Shown: in pieces, positions 1-11,390 of the stretch
Numbering within the stretch: the first letter of the stretch is position 1
Layout of the letters: each line of letters begins with the position of its first letter
Notes under the pieces: generated by a model
The model's input: only the letters and a program-made list of their open reading frames with translations
The model's database searches: none
Told to the model about the DNA's origin: nothing
From: Octopus bimaculoides
Lineage: Eukaryota
DNA length: 38,778 bases
Direction of reading: 5' to 3'
Assembly (NCBI RefSeq): GCF_001194135.2
Contig: NC_068986.1
Coordinates: 92,161,436 to 92,200,213, forward strand
Made by a program: the position numbers and the translations under genes

Positions 1-149
1 ACTTGATGAAATTATTTTGAAAAGTTTTACCCTATATTAGAAGTATATACATACATATATAAATGTGTGTGTGTGTGGGTGGGGGTGGGGGTGTTTTCCT
101 GTTAGTGTGAGATAGAAGGGAGGTGTAAAAGTGTAGAAAAGTAACTTCT

Positions 150-247
150 CTACGGCGCAGTATACGTTCCACACACGCGCTGCCCGGAATTGAACACATG
201 GCCTAATGATCACGTGCTGAAAGCACTAGCCACTAAGCCGCACTCAC
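150..247 (-). mobile_element. tRNA-derived SINE head (head-D-like), degraded
   Basis: Minus strand reads GCGGCTTAGTGGCTAG (A box) ... GTGTTCAATTCC (B box), similar to the heads at 19784 and 36530. Confidence 0.6.
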
Positions 248-251
248 TCAC

Positions 252-284
<33 letters not shown>

Positions 285-1100
285 TGCATGCACGCGCACA
301 CACAATCCTGTTTGGCTACTGCGGTTCGGTAATTAATTGACAAGTTAACATTAAATAATTAAAATATCAACGTTGCTCTGTGGACAGGTGTCTAGCCCTC
401 TCCTCCTCGCACTGCCTCCCTCACTCGTTCCCTTGTCTCTTTGCTTTTACATCTTTCCCAGTCTTTCATTCTTAGCCCTATTATCCAATACTTGTAAAAC
501 ATCAAAACACATCCTATGTTTTGTTTTTGTCCGAACAACATACACCACGCGAGCGCTCAAACACACATATATGTACTTACATATACTTACATATTTATAA
601 CATACATACATACATACATACATACATACGTACACACATACATATAATGGTACATCTACACAGGCATACGTATATACGTAAACATGCAGACACACACATC
701 AAGTTATAGGTTAGATCTAAGATAGTATGATACACGCATCGCTTGACGGCTGTTATTTTTATGTGTGTGCATGTGTGTGTGTGTGTGTGTGTGCATGTGT
801 GTNNNNNNNNNNNNNNNNNNNNNNNNNNNNNNNNNNNNNNNNNNNNNNNNNNNNNNNNNNNNNNNNNNNNNNNNNNNNNNNNNNNNNNNNNNNNNNNNNN
901 NNNNNNNNNNNNNNNNNNNNNNNNNNNNNNNNNNNNNNNNNNNNNNNNNNNNNNNNNNNNNNNNNNNNNNNNNNNNNNNNNNNNNNNNNNNNNNNNNNNN
1001 NNNNNNNNNNNNNNNNNNNNNNNNNNNNNNNNNNNNNNNNNNNNNNNNNNNNNNNNNNNNNNNNNNNNNNNNNNNNNNNNNNNNNNNNNNNNNNNNNNNN

Positions 1101-1930
1101 ACACAGAGTCAGTCCGCTTGAGAGCGCTATTAGTAACAACACGCAACCCAATGCAATCTGTTGTATGTGCAGGTCGCCAGCGACTAAATTCGCAACCCCA
1201 CTGAGCTTGCTTAGTAAAGAAGGTGATTTGGATACCCTGCAGGATGAAAAACAAGACCTGTCAAAAGGTAAATGAGCACAAGAGATGTCAATGACCATGC
1301 AAAAATGTGTGCAAGGCTTATTAAATATGGTTGCATATTTAGTGACATGTTCTGATTTCATTCAAATGGAATGTTGAAGAAATAAGTAATATCCATGTCC
1401 ACAGTTTCGAAGCTAGCTGTAACAAGACAGTGAGGACAATTGGTGCAAGTGGAAACGTTGTCATGCTGGGCCAGACGCCATGGTACAAGGCAAACATCTG
1501 GCACAATGTTATATGGCCTGAACACACACCATGTTAGGTTGTACTGCAAGACAAGAGATCTCTTCAGCCATTATGAGAAACATCTGCATTCTTGTACAAT
1601 CACAATGGTCTTGACTTATCTTGTGACTGAGTATAATGTTTGAGAACGAGAGAGCGATCCTGATGCGCGCGTAGCCTTTTCTCACTTGCATTTGTTGAGC
1701 ACTTGTATCTTGCGAGTAAGATTGCGTTGATAGGCCTCCAACTAAGGGCCAGATAGTCTTGCGGTAATTGGGATATTACGCACATCAACAACAATGAAAT
1801 ATCATTCTTTCTGTAGTTTCAGCTGCATGGAATGTGTACTAAAGGTTGGTGTTGCCACCGTTTCTTTGTATTCCAACGTAATTACAACCTTTGTTGAAAT
1901 CCCGAGTCATAGTTTTCATTGACTTTTGAT
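1101..1930 (-). pseudogene. Degenerate coding-like segment, possibly an Academ-like DNA transposase remnant
   Basis: Non-repetitive stretch with stops and frameshifts. Minus-strand pieces IPITARLSGP, ARYKCSTNASEKRLRAHQDR and SLLSKLSGVANLVAGDL recall, from memory only, Academ N-terminal motifs (A-x-(W/Y)HKxC...RA-x-KR; LLxKLSxGDLVA). Not verified by alignment. Confidence 0.3.
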
Positions 1931-2153
1931 GGCTGAAACTTCTTGGAGCCAGAGACAGCTACCACTGCTCTACCACCACAAACCGACTATCAGCATCAGC
2001 AACTATTACTACTACTTCCTCAGTACGTCCCACCATCACCCCTATTCTACAAACTAAATAAGGGAGCCTCTACAAGGTTGTCCAACTAACTAAAAATAGC
2101 AGCTAGAGCTGCTTCAAATCACACTGTGCTGTCTAAAATAAGGAAACGACTCT

Positions 2154-2536
2154 CAGTAATTCCCAGCGCTGGGCACACATATCACCGATGAGCTTTGGGA
2201 AAATTGTGGTGCGGCATGGGATCCTAACTTTTTCCTTCTCTTTTTTTTTAGTGAGACATGGAATTGTAAAAATCTCTTTCTCACAGCAAAAATACTACAC
2301 CTATATTCAGCCTAGCCAAACCAATCCCCCCACCACCAGTCAAGCATACTGTGTGAAGACTGTTTGCTATTGTACAACGCTATTCTAACGTTATAGTGTA
2401 GACATTTAAAGAAAGTATATAATTAAGAAATATTTAAAATAAAGTTGTTGTTGTTGTTTTTTTAACCACTGGTGGGGCATACATTTTTCTGGAAAGTTAT
2501 AGTAGGGCCTAGGAGAAAATAGGTTGGGAAATACTG
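2154..2536. mobile_element. hAT-type non-autonomous element (MITE)
   Basis: Termini CAGTAATTCCCAGCGC (2154) and AGGTTGGGAAATACTG (ends 2536) are inverted repeats matching at 12/16. Right flank CTTTAGAT resembles a Charlie-type target, but the left flank gives no matching TSD. Confidence 0.5.
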
Positions 2537-2845
2537 CTTTAGATATGGTAGTTCCACGCATACTTCTAATCAAACGGGATAGATATTGCTGGAATACTCT
2601 TGAGCACTCTGCTCAGTTAGGACAGACGAGGAGCCAAACAAGAACTACCTTTATTCTACCACAGCGACCACCAGCAGCACCACCACTACCACATTATAAC
2701 CGCTGTCACTATCCTAACACCACTACCACCACCATCACCACCACCACTCCTTGTGCCAACTATAGACAACAAACAGATTGTTACGAAAAACTAAAACAGA
2801 ATCCGTCTGCATAATAAAAGTATTTTCCACGTGTCAAATAAAACA

Positions 2846-2876
<31 letters not shown>

Positions 2877-3588
2877 NNNNNNNNNNNNNNNNNNNNNNNN
2901 NNNNNNNNNNNNNNNNNNNNNNNNNNNNNNNNNNNNNNNNNNNNNNNNNNNNNNNNNNNNNNNNNNNNNNNNNNNNNNNNNNNNNNNNNNNNNNNNNNNN
3001 NNNNNNNNNNNNNNNNNNNNNNNNNNNNNNNNNNNNNNNNNNNNNNNNNNNNNNNNNNNNNNNNNNNNNNNNNNNNNNNNNNNNNNNNNNNNNNNNNNNN
3101 NNNNNNNNNNNNNNNNNNNNNNNNNNNNNNNNNNNNNNNNNNNNNNNNNNNNNNNNNNNNNNNNNNNNNNNNNNNNNNNNNNNNNNNNNNNNNNNNNNNN
3201 NNNNNNNNNNNNNNNNNNNNNNNNNNNNNNNNNNNNNNNNNNNNNNNNNNNNNNNNNNNNNNNNNNNNNNNNNNNNNNNNNNNNNNNNNNNNNNNNNNNN
3301 NNNNNNNNNGACATAAGGGTTGGTGTGGGAGTAACGATAGGAGATCGGGTGGAAGAATGAAATAATAGAAGTGTCACATCTCTCACCGAATACTTCTTTT
3401 CAAAAACAATTACATACCTTGGGCTGGTAAGCTCTTATTGGTGTCATTATTGTTGTTGTTGTTATTATTGTTGTTCCAAATTTCGCGTCTTTCTGTCGCA
3501 ATAAGTTCCATCACTATCGTCACCACCCTCATCATTATTTATATCAGGTACCTGGCGATATCTGGTTACCGACCCACATACATTACGC

Positions 3589-3589
<1 letters not shown>

Positions 3590-3633
<44 letters not shown>
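3590..3633. repeat. (CA)n microsatellite
   Basis: Direct reading. Confidence 0.95.
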
Positions 3634-3637
<4 letters not shown>

Positions 3638-3849
3638 CTCGCATACAGTTACACATCTGTATTAGGGCATATATTTTCTATCCCATATCCAGGCCGCACA
3701 AGGTCTTCCTTCATACAGCTTCTTGTCTCACTGGTTATTGCAGCATGGTAAGTGATGTGCTCCCAACAGTGAATTGCTGATTCAAACTTCCTAATATCCA
3801 GCATTCAAACACACTTCTCCCGAAGAAAGGTAATATTTCCTTTACAAAA

Positions 3850-4020
3850 ATAGTGAGCGCTAAAGTACTGCTGCTAGTGATGATGATGATGAAGATGATG
3901 TTGATGGCGAGTGGTGGTGGTGGTGGAAATGATAATGATGCTAGTGGTGGTAGTGATGCTGATAGAAGTGATGATGGTGATGGCAGTGGTGGTGATGATG
4001 ATAATGATGATGTCATCAGC
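3850..4020. repeat. Cryptic (GAT/GGT)n trinucleotide low-complexity tract
   Basis: Direct reading. Confidence 0.9.
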
Positions 4021-4169
4021 TCGCAGCGAAACATTATCGACCATGGATAGACAAGGCAACAATGGCGTCTCTACACCAGTGTTTCTCAGCCTTTTTACCC
4101 ATGCGTAACCCTTAAAATAAATTACATGTCTCAAAGAACTTCTGCACAAATATATACATACATATATAC

Positions 4170-4325
4170 ACACCTCCTTGTTTCTTTCTGTGTTCCTTTC
4201 TGTGGAAGAGCGCAGACTCGAAACGTTAAAGACTTTTTCACTTCCTGAGCGTTAAACTAATACATCTGTTTGTTGTCTACAACACCTGTCTTCGTCTTTT
4301 GTTTTTTTGTGAATTCTCCCTATAT
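4170..4325 (+). mobile_element. Penelope-like solo terminal-repeat-type sequence carrying a hammerhead-like motif
   Basis: Contains CTTTCTGTGGAAGAGCGCAGACTCGAAACGTTAAAG and is flanked by TA-rich microsatellite on both sides. The layout resembles Penelope pLTR minimal hammerheads. Confidence 0.45.
4196..4231 (+). ncRNA. Variant minimal type-I hammerhead-like fold
   Basis: Stem I CUUU/AAAG, stem II GAG/CUC, GAAA, self-complementary ACGU stem III, GUU cleavage triplet. The core is CUGUGGAA instead of CUGANGA. Confidence 0.4.
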
Positions 4326-4720
4326 ATGTATGTNNNNNNNNNNNNNNNNNNNNNNNNNNNNNNNNNNNNNNNNNNNNNNNNNNNNNNNNNNNNNNNNNNN
4401 NNNNNNNNNNNNNNNNNNNNNNNNNNNNNNNNNNNNNNNNNNNNNNNNNNNNNNNNNNNNNNNNNNNNNNNNNNNNNNNNNNNNNNNNNNNNNNNNNNNN
4501 NNNNNNNNNNNNNNNNNNNNNNNNNNNNNNNNNNNNNNNNNNNNNNNNNNNNNNNNNNNNNNNNNNNNNNNNNNNNNNNNNNNNNNNNNNNNNNNNNNNN
4601 NNNNNNNNNNNNNNNNNNNNNNNNNNNNNNNNNNNNNNNNNNNNNNNNNNNNNNNNNNNNNNNNNNNNNNNNNNNNNNNNNNNNNNNNNNNNNNNNNNNN
4701 NNNNNNNNNNNNNNNNNNNN

Positions 4721-4766
<46 letters not shown>

Positions 4767-4769
4767 CTG

Positions 4770-4945
4770 TGTTTGTCCTCCCCCATCGATGGTGACATGT
4801 TTACGTCCCCGTAACTTAGCAGTTCGGCAAAAGAGGCCGACAGAATACTAGGCTTACAAAGAATAAGTCTAGGGGGCGATTTGTTCGACTAAAGGCGGTG
4901 CTCCAGCATGGCCGCAGTCATATGACTGAAACAAATAAAAGCATA
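4770..4945 (+). mobile_element. SINE family A, 3' half
   Basis: TTTACGTCCCCGTAACTTAGCAGTTCGGCAAAAGAG...GGTGCTCCAGCATGGCCGCAGTCA.ATGACTGAAACA shared with the copies at 21240-21625 and 21885-22056. Confidence 0.8.
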
Positions 4946-5339
4946 GGGTGCCCATAAATTACAGACATCACTAAATATATCCCCAATGGTTGTTATATTT
5001 TTTGATAACATAATAGGTTAGATAAGACTATTACAATATTACAATAACCAATAATATGTTGTGTATGTACAGTAATATTGCGATCATGAAATTAATATGT
5101 CTCACTCGTGGAAACCTTAGGAACCTTTTGCAGAACCCTAGGGTTCTGGGGAATCCCGGTTGAGAAACGCCGTTCTACACGATTACTTGGCCAACTAGGA
5201 ACAACAGCTAAATCTCCCTCAAAACATTTATTCCTACAAGTTTTTTAAAAAGACGAGAATGCTATTAATCATAAATCTGCCAAACAAGAAAATACCAAGG
5301 ATTAAACAATAACGAATCACAGGTTTTAACCATCTGCAC

Positions 5340-5520
5340 AGCTGCTCCAGTCCACTCGGCTGCAATGGGTACCAACCGGGTACTAGTGCAGCTCTGTTCC
5401 CCTTCACCTCTCACATCCTAGATGTCCTGTGTGAGGGAGCAGAGAGGGTATCTATGTAGCCCACACAAGACTACACAGGGGTCTAAAACAGCGAAAGTGC
5501 GGTGTATGATGCCAAATCAT
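5340..5520 (+). mobile_element. SINE-like fragment with central CTCCAGTCCACTC.GCTG...ATGGGTACC domain
   Basis: GCTCCAGTCCACTCGGCTG matches GCTCCAGTCCACTCAGCTG in the SINE at 36217-36530. The 3' part is different. Confidence 0.45.
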
Positions 5521-5934
5521 ACTCACTCATGAATGACCACCGGCTATACATACGCACACACCCACACCCACACACATATGTATGTATGTATATATATATC
5601 TATATCTATATATATATATATATATATNNNNNNNNNNNNNNNNNNNNNNNNNNNNNNNNNNNNNNNNNNNNNNNNNNNNNNNNNNNNNNNNNNNNNNNNN
5701 NNNNNNNNNNNNNNNNNNNNNNNNNNNNNNNNNNNNNNNNNNNNNNNNNNNNNNNNNNNNNNNNNNNNNNNNNNNNNNNNNNNNNNNNNNNNNNNNNNNN
5801 NNNNNNNNNNNNNNNNNNNNNNNNNNNNNNNNNNNNNNNNNNNNNNNNNNNNNNNNNNNNNNNNNNNNNNNNNNNNNNNNNNNNNNNNNNNNNNNNNNNN
5901 NNNNNNNNNNNNNNNNNNNNNNNNNNNNNNNNNN

Positions 5935-5967
<33 letters not shown>

Positions 5968-5979
5968 GCGCAAATGACA

Positions 5980-6135
5980 AGCTTCTTTCATTCTCCGTCT
6001 CACAAATCCACTAACAAAAATTTGGTTGGACCGAAGCTATAGTAGAAGACACTTGCCCAAGGTGCCACACAATGGAACTGAACCCGGAACCATGTGTTTG
6101 AGAAGCAAACGTTTTATCACTGCCATGCCTGCGTC
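5980..6135 (-). mobile_element. SINE family A head (tRNA-like + CORE-like)
   Basis: Minus strand GGTTCCGGGTTCAGTTCC (B box) then GGCACCTTGGGCAAGTGTCTTCTACTATAGC, reminiscent of the MIR/CORE GTGACCTTGGGCAAGT motif. Confidence 0.8.
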
Positions 6136-7784
6136 TCTCTCTCTCATATATATATTGTTAGATAGATAGTTTCTTTTTCATTCTTTTTGCTTGGTTTGCC
6201 TCCAAAGCAGCCAAATATCCATAAAATGTTGAAAATGACATTTAGAAAATATTGTCCTAATTACCTTTTGCATAGAAAAAAAAAATAGAGTGACCGGATC
6301 GTCTGAGCTGGAATGTTATTTTGATTTGGGGTTACATAACGACTAACATATCTGGATATCATATGTGTTGAAACTAAGCTGAGGTCAAGAGATATGATTT
6401 AGATTTATGCGTAAAAATGTGTCTTATCTCCCGTTTATGTTAACATATATATATTAGGTGTTCTGAGGGAAAAGTTATGATATCTAGTAAATACACTTGA
6501 AATTCACACAAAAAAATGTATGCTATATAGAAAAACTAATAAGAAAGGACTGAGAATGCGCTAAATTTTTATACGTATGTATATCTGAATAAAACAAGCT
6601 CTGTCTTTCTAACATTGGGAGTAAATATTTCCAACCATCCATCCATCCATCCATCCATCTGAAAATAAAGATACAAAATTGATTCATACAGACAACATAG
6701 ATAAGTAGACAGACAGAGATAGAAAAAGGTGTGTGTGTGTGTGTGTGTGTGCAGGAAATATACACACATGCGCATACGCTTAGATGTGTCAGAGGTTGTC
6801 CAAAATGCAATTTATTTTTCCTGTTGATGAGAAATTTTGTTGCACTCATTACTAGACATGGTGTTCGTCTGTTCACTTCAGTGTAAATCTGAGCTTTAAA
6901 CAACATCTAGTGAGACCTCATTATTAAATTATGTATGGCCATCCAACATCCCAACATTCAGTTTGTGAAAAAAAATAGGAAAAGGAAAAGGAAAACGCGT
7001 CCACCGATCCGTTTTCTACGGGTGGGAAATGTACCAACAAATGAAATCCTTCGAAAGCTTTCAGCACAGTATAGAAACAATGTTTTGCCTTTATGGACGG
7101 CTAACTAATTGTTGTATCGACGCTGCTGTTGAGTAGCAGTCGAGTAGCGGTTGAGCAGAGATCATCCGAAGGTGCTAGATAGCAGTAGCTTGAGACATAA
7201 CACTGATGTACTGAAACAGTCAAGAAAACGGCGACATAACTGTTACAAATCACAAATGAGCCAGACACGGAATCAGGACCAAATCTTCTGCTGATTACAA
7301 CCCAGATGGAGTACGTGACATGATTCCAGTGAATAGACGGCTGAGTATAGATAAAGTGAAAAATAATACAAAAATTAAATGTAGTTCTGTTGATAAAACC
7401 ACCCACAACAGAACTGCGTGGCAAAATCATTTTGGAGTTTGCAAACAACTATTGGATCGTTATGGTAATGAAGGTAAAAATCGAAATCGCAGCTTGTAAC
7501 GGTTTTTTAATTAGTGAATTGTGTATAATTGATGACTCAAGTTTATATATAACCTATAACATTTGCTTATTTATTTATTTGGGGGGGGGAGGGTTGTTAG
7601 CGTTTGTCTCTCCCAGTGTTGGGATTTTCTATCGCTTATACACGATAATTTGAATGCTCTATCTGAGGCAAGGTTCTGCTTCTATTCTGAGCAAAAAGAA
7701 CATTGGAAACGTTACTCTACGTTGACAATCGAGGGAGCTTTTTAAAAAGCGACAATTAAATAACTGCCTAAGGCTCCAGGAGAG

Positions 7785-7787
<3 letters not shown>

Positions 7788-7862
<75 letters not shown>
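7788..7862. repeat. (CA)n microsatellite
   Basis: Direct reading. Confidence 0.95.
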
Positions 7863-7864
<2 letters not shown>

Positions 7865-8809
7865 ATATACACATCTGGAATGTATGTGTGTGTATGTGTG
7901 TTAGTCTAGAAGTCTTACATCATCCAATTTCTTAGTAAAAAAAAATCGTCTTTGCAAATAAGTCTAGTACTAATGAAAATATTGCACACACACACACACA
8001 CACTTCTGCGGATGCACTAGTGACACGAGATAAACTTTCCTAACTAGGAATCCAGATTGAGTGGCGGTCAAGTTTCATAAAAAGCTTCTACTAAATATTG
8101 TAAATCCATGTACCCACTCACATTACACCCTCCAAATTGTGCGCGCGTGCGCGTGTGTATGTGGAATGTATACTTCCATACATTACACCACTTACATTTT
8201 GCTGTGCATATTGATATATTTGCATGTTTGTGAATGCGTGTACCTGTATGTATGTATGTATTATGTGTGTGAGAATGTATGTATGTGTATGTATGTAAGC
8301 GTGTATGTATGTATGTGTGTGCGTGTATGTACGCACGAGTGAGCGAAGGTGCTTCTACGTGGTCACTAGACAGGCAAGAAACAAGCTCAAATATGCTTCA
8401 AGTCATTCTGTGCCGTCTTAAAAGACTAAAGTACACATCAGATAATGCAGTCCAAGATACACAAAGTTCGAAAATAAATGGGATTGTCGTGGTCGGAATC
8501 GCTTTGATTAAAAGTCTGATTACAAGTGAGCTTGTGCTAAACAAGAACAACAACAATATCAACAATAGCAACAGCGTGCGACATCTCTTTTTCAAAAGCG
8601 CTTTTTTGTCTGAAATCAACTACGAACGCACAGATTTGATCGGATATAAAGTCAGTTCTATAAATCAGAGACAATCTATCAACTAAATTTTATTGATTAA
8701 CCCTCACTTACTGGCTTCAGTCATACAATTTACGTTAACTTATCATCATACATTTTGCTTTTTACCAGAGTTATAATGATTTCTATGTAAATACGAAATA
8801 AGGAAACAA

Positions 8810-8997
8810 CCAACTGGAACGAAACCCAAGGGCGTACCAAGAGCAAGTTGGTTGGATAATATTCATAGTGTCAGTTGGCCACGCCTGGATATCTACCGTA
8901 AAGTGGAATGGCAATTGGTTTCTGTTGGACCCTATGGAAAATACGCCGGAGCCTCCCAAGAATAGTGGAATTGTGGGTGGAAAAGATGGATGGGTGA
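8810..8997 (+). mobile_element. RTE-clade LINE 3' fragment
   Basis: Translates KQPTGTKPKGVPRASWLDNIHSVSWPRLDI, an RTE C-terminal P-GKRP-GRP--RW-D-I motif. GGAT-type tail. Same family as 17590-17799. Confidence 0.7.
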
Positions 8998-9049
8998 AAG
9001 GAAAAGAGAGGGTTATACTGGCTCGCTATACCTAATTTTTTTTTCTTGC

Positions 9050-9310
9050 TTGGGTCTAGAGGAAAGAGCAGTACCCATGGTCTGTAAGTAGAACCACTGA
9101 AACCGGTGATGCTGTCGACATTGCTGATGTTCCGTTTAAACAGTGGCGAGTAGACAGACACAAGCAGGAAAAATATGATCAGTGAGGAGATCCTGAAGGG
9201 ACGAGGTTCTGGGGAGAAAGGAACGGAAGTACTATTTAGTGTAGAACCTGGGAAGAGGGTTGAACACGACAAGGGTGTTGAGGGGAAGGGAGACGAGTTG
9301 GACGGAAGTA
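9050..9310 (-). mobile_element. CR1/L2-group LINE 3' fragment
   Basis: Minus frame RFYTK*YFRSFLPRTSSLQDLLTDHIFP resembles the CR1-group C-terminal Y-xx-SFFPRT-xx-WN-xLP motif. The reading frame is disrupted. Confidence 0.5.
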
Positions 9311-9508
9311 CATGAGTGGCGGAGTCACATGACCAGCAAATTGTGAAAACTGAAGAACAGAGATCATTCTTTAGAACGTGAGTGGTGATCAGCTATCGTC
9401 GGGGAGACAATCTCGTCTAGATTAAGTTAAGGCCTGATTGGAAGTTCGAATTTTAAATCAAATAGTAAAGATGTTGCACCAACATACACAATATTTCTCT
9501 TTTCTCGA

Positions 9509-9694
9509 CAGTGATCCCTTGCCATATCTTGGTTCACCTATCGCGGTTTATTATTTAAGCTTACATCGATTCCTCCGTGGTGTTGTTTTGCATTTATTTT
9601 GCATGGAATGAACATATACAAATTACAAAAATAATTTTTAAAATATACTGTTTCTACTTCGCGGATTCTCACCTATCGCGGTAGATTTTGGAAC
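9509..9694. mobile_element. Tc1/mariner Tigger/pogo-type MITE (right end lost in gap)
   Basis: Starts CAGTGATCCCTTGCCATATC. Repeated subterminal motif CACCTATCGCGG at ~9536 and ~9670, with TTCGCGGATT, typical of Tigger-like MITEs. Confidence 0.6.
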
Positions 9695-9789
9695 NNNNNN
9701 NNNNCTAACAGTTATCTTACCTCGTGCTAAGACTAATTATAAGCCACTCAGTGGAATAGGCATGTCTTGTTACCGAGTAAATTATATAT

Positions 9790-9820
9790 TGAGAGAAAGA
9801 GAGCAATATGGAGAGAGAGA

Positions 9821-9871
<51 letters not shown>

Positions 9872-9900
9872 GAAGAGAGAGAAAGAGAGAGAGGCAGGGA
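9790..9900. repeat. (GA)n imperfect microsatellite
   Basis: Direct reading. Confidence 0.9.
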
Positions 9901-10811
9901 GGGATGGTGGCAGCTATGTTGAAACAGTAGTCGAAACATCTCGAATGCCAAACGACACTTTAAAATATATTTAAGTCAAGTGACTTCATCCTTACAATCG
10001 TCAAAGTAAACCAGCCATCTCCACATGTGCACCATCTCGTATAACTGTCGGAAAATGAAGACCAAGAGATGCTGTTCCCCCCCTCCCCCGCCTTCATTCA
10101 GCCCGGTGCTCGTGATGCTGGTGGTTTTCTGGAGGCCTCCTGACTTCTTGTAAAACGTCGGTTATTGATTCCAGTATTTTCTATGGTTTCGTGAGCTTCC
10201 CCCCCCCCTTAACACTCTTTATATCTATCGTTCGTTTGAGCCCTGTCACAGCATTTCCTTCGCTACCTACGCCTCCCTCATTATTACATATATCTTTATC
10301 GTAACTTTAATCAGTTCTATTAGGTACTCGTTCCTTTCTCTCCCACNNNNNNNNNNNNNNNNNNNNNNNNNNNNNNNNNNNNNNNNNNNNNNNNNNNNNN
10401 NNNNNNNNNNNNNNNNNNNNNNNNNNNNNNNNNNNNNNNNNNNNNNNNNNNNNNNNNNNNNNNNNNNNNNNNNNNNNNNNNNNNNNNNNNNNNNNNNNNN
10501 NNNNNNNNNNNNNNNNNNNNNNNNNNNNNNNNNNNNNNNNNNNNNNNNNNNNNNNNNNNNNNNNNNNNNNNNNNNNNNNNNNNNNNNNNNNNNNNNNNNN
10601 NNNNNNNNNNNNNNNNNNNNNNNNNNNNNNNNNNNNNNNNNNNNNNNNNNNNNNNNNNNNNNNNNNNNNACACACACACACACAAACACAAGTACACATG
10701 TAGAGGTGATGTTTGTATTCGTGTCTGCTTTTGCAAAAACTCATGTAATTTCAAAAAGCATAACCTACCATTTCGATAAATACGCATCGATAAAATCAGT
10801 AGAAGCAAAAT

Positions 10812-10860
10812 AAAATTCCCTGATGAGGTCCAAATAAGACCGAAACATGTCCAGCATTTT
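10812..10860 (+). ncRNA. Minimal hammerhead ribozyme core (Penelope-type) with decayed stem I
   Basis: CUGAUGA (10820-10826), stem II GGUC/GACC with a 7-nt loop, GAAA (10842-10845), palindromic ACAUGU, GUC triplet (10849-10851). Stem I pairs only distally (AAAAU/AUUUU). Confidence 0.6.
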
Positions 10861-10909
10861 TGATAGCAAAGATTACATTTTCCTTCAAGCATGCGAATTA
10901 TGCGAATAT

Positions 10910-10990
10910 GTCAGTTATTGTTTGACCTCAGGTCAGTCTGGATAAAGCTGACATGTGACTAAAGACGTTTCAACTCAAACCAATAAGCAT
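10910..10990 (-). repeat. Interspersed repeat E, 3' end
   Basis: Reverse complement ends ...CTGACCTGAGGTCAAACAATAAC, like the GACCT.GGGCTAAACAA ends at ~12115, 26895 and 35455. Confidence 0.45.
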
Positions 10991-11149
10991 GGTTTCTTTT
11001 CCAAACATCTACGCAATACATTATCCAATGTATCCTTCTCTTTTTACGACAGTACTGTAGGATTAAGAAAATTTAGTTACTATTTCTAGCAGGTCAGAGG
11101 TTTTCTTATCGCTCAAACTATCTGTAGTAAAACTATCTGGCGCTGGACG

Positions 11150-11390
11150 AAATCACCGTCACCACCCCCAACAGTCCATCGTCAGCACTGTTACCATGTT
11201 CTTCCTCATCATCATCATCACTACCTTCAGAAGCACTATTTTCATCGTTATCACCGCCGCCACCACCACCATCAGCAGCAGCACCGAAGGCACCTACTAT
11301 CAATATCACCATCATCGTCATCATCGTCACCACCACCACCACCACCACCACCACCACCACCGCTGTTGTCATCATCATCATCACCATTCC
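11150..11390. repeat. Cryptic (CAT/CAC)n trinucleotide tract
   Basis: Direct reading. Confidence 0.9.

Larger units (their letters stand above)
4077..5172. mobile_element. hAT (Charlie-like) non-autonomous element with nested insertions
   Basis: TIRs CAGTGTTTCTCAGCC / GGTTGAGAAACGCCG (12/15). 8-bp TSD CTCTACAC (4069-4076) / TTCTACAC (5173-5180), 7/8, close to the NTCTAGAN Charlie preference. Confidence 0.8.

Noticed and set aside
7101-7448. 115-aa minus ORF and a possible acceptor at ~7340 giving PVYSLESCHVLHLGCNQQKIWS*
   Set aside because: Tested as SBSPON exon 2: no TSP1 W-x-x-W/C pattern and an early stop. The CHVLHLG likeness to CR1 RT is too short to call.
7590-7790. Possible LINE 3' remnant on the minus strand
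   Set aside because: Translations did not give a motif I could match with confidence.
8279-8686. 135-aa + strand ORF (…ETSSNMLQVILCRLKRLKY…)
   Set aside because: Starts in a TG/TATG microsatellite, has no recognisable domain and no convincing splice sites.
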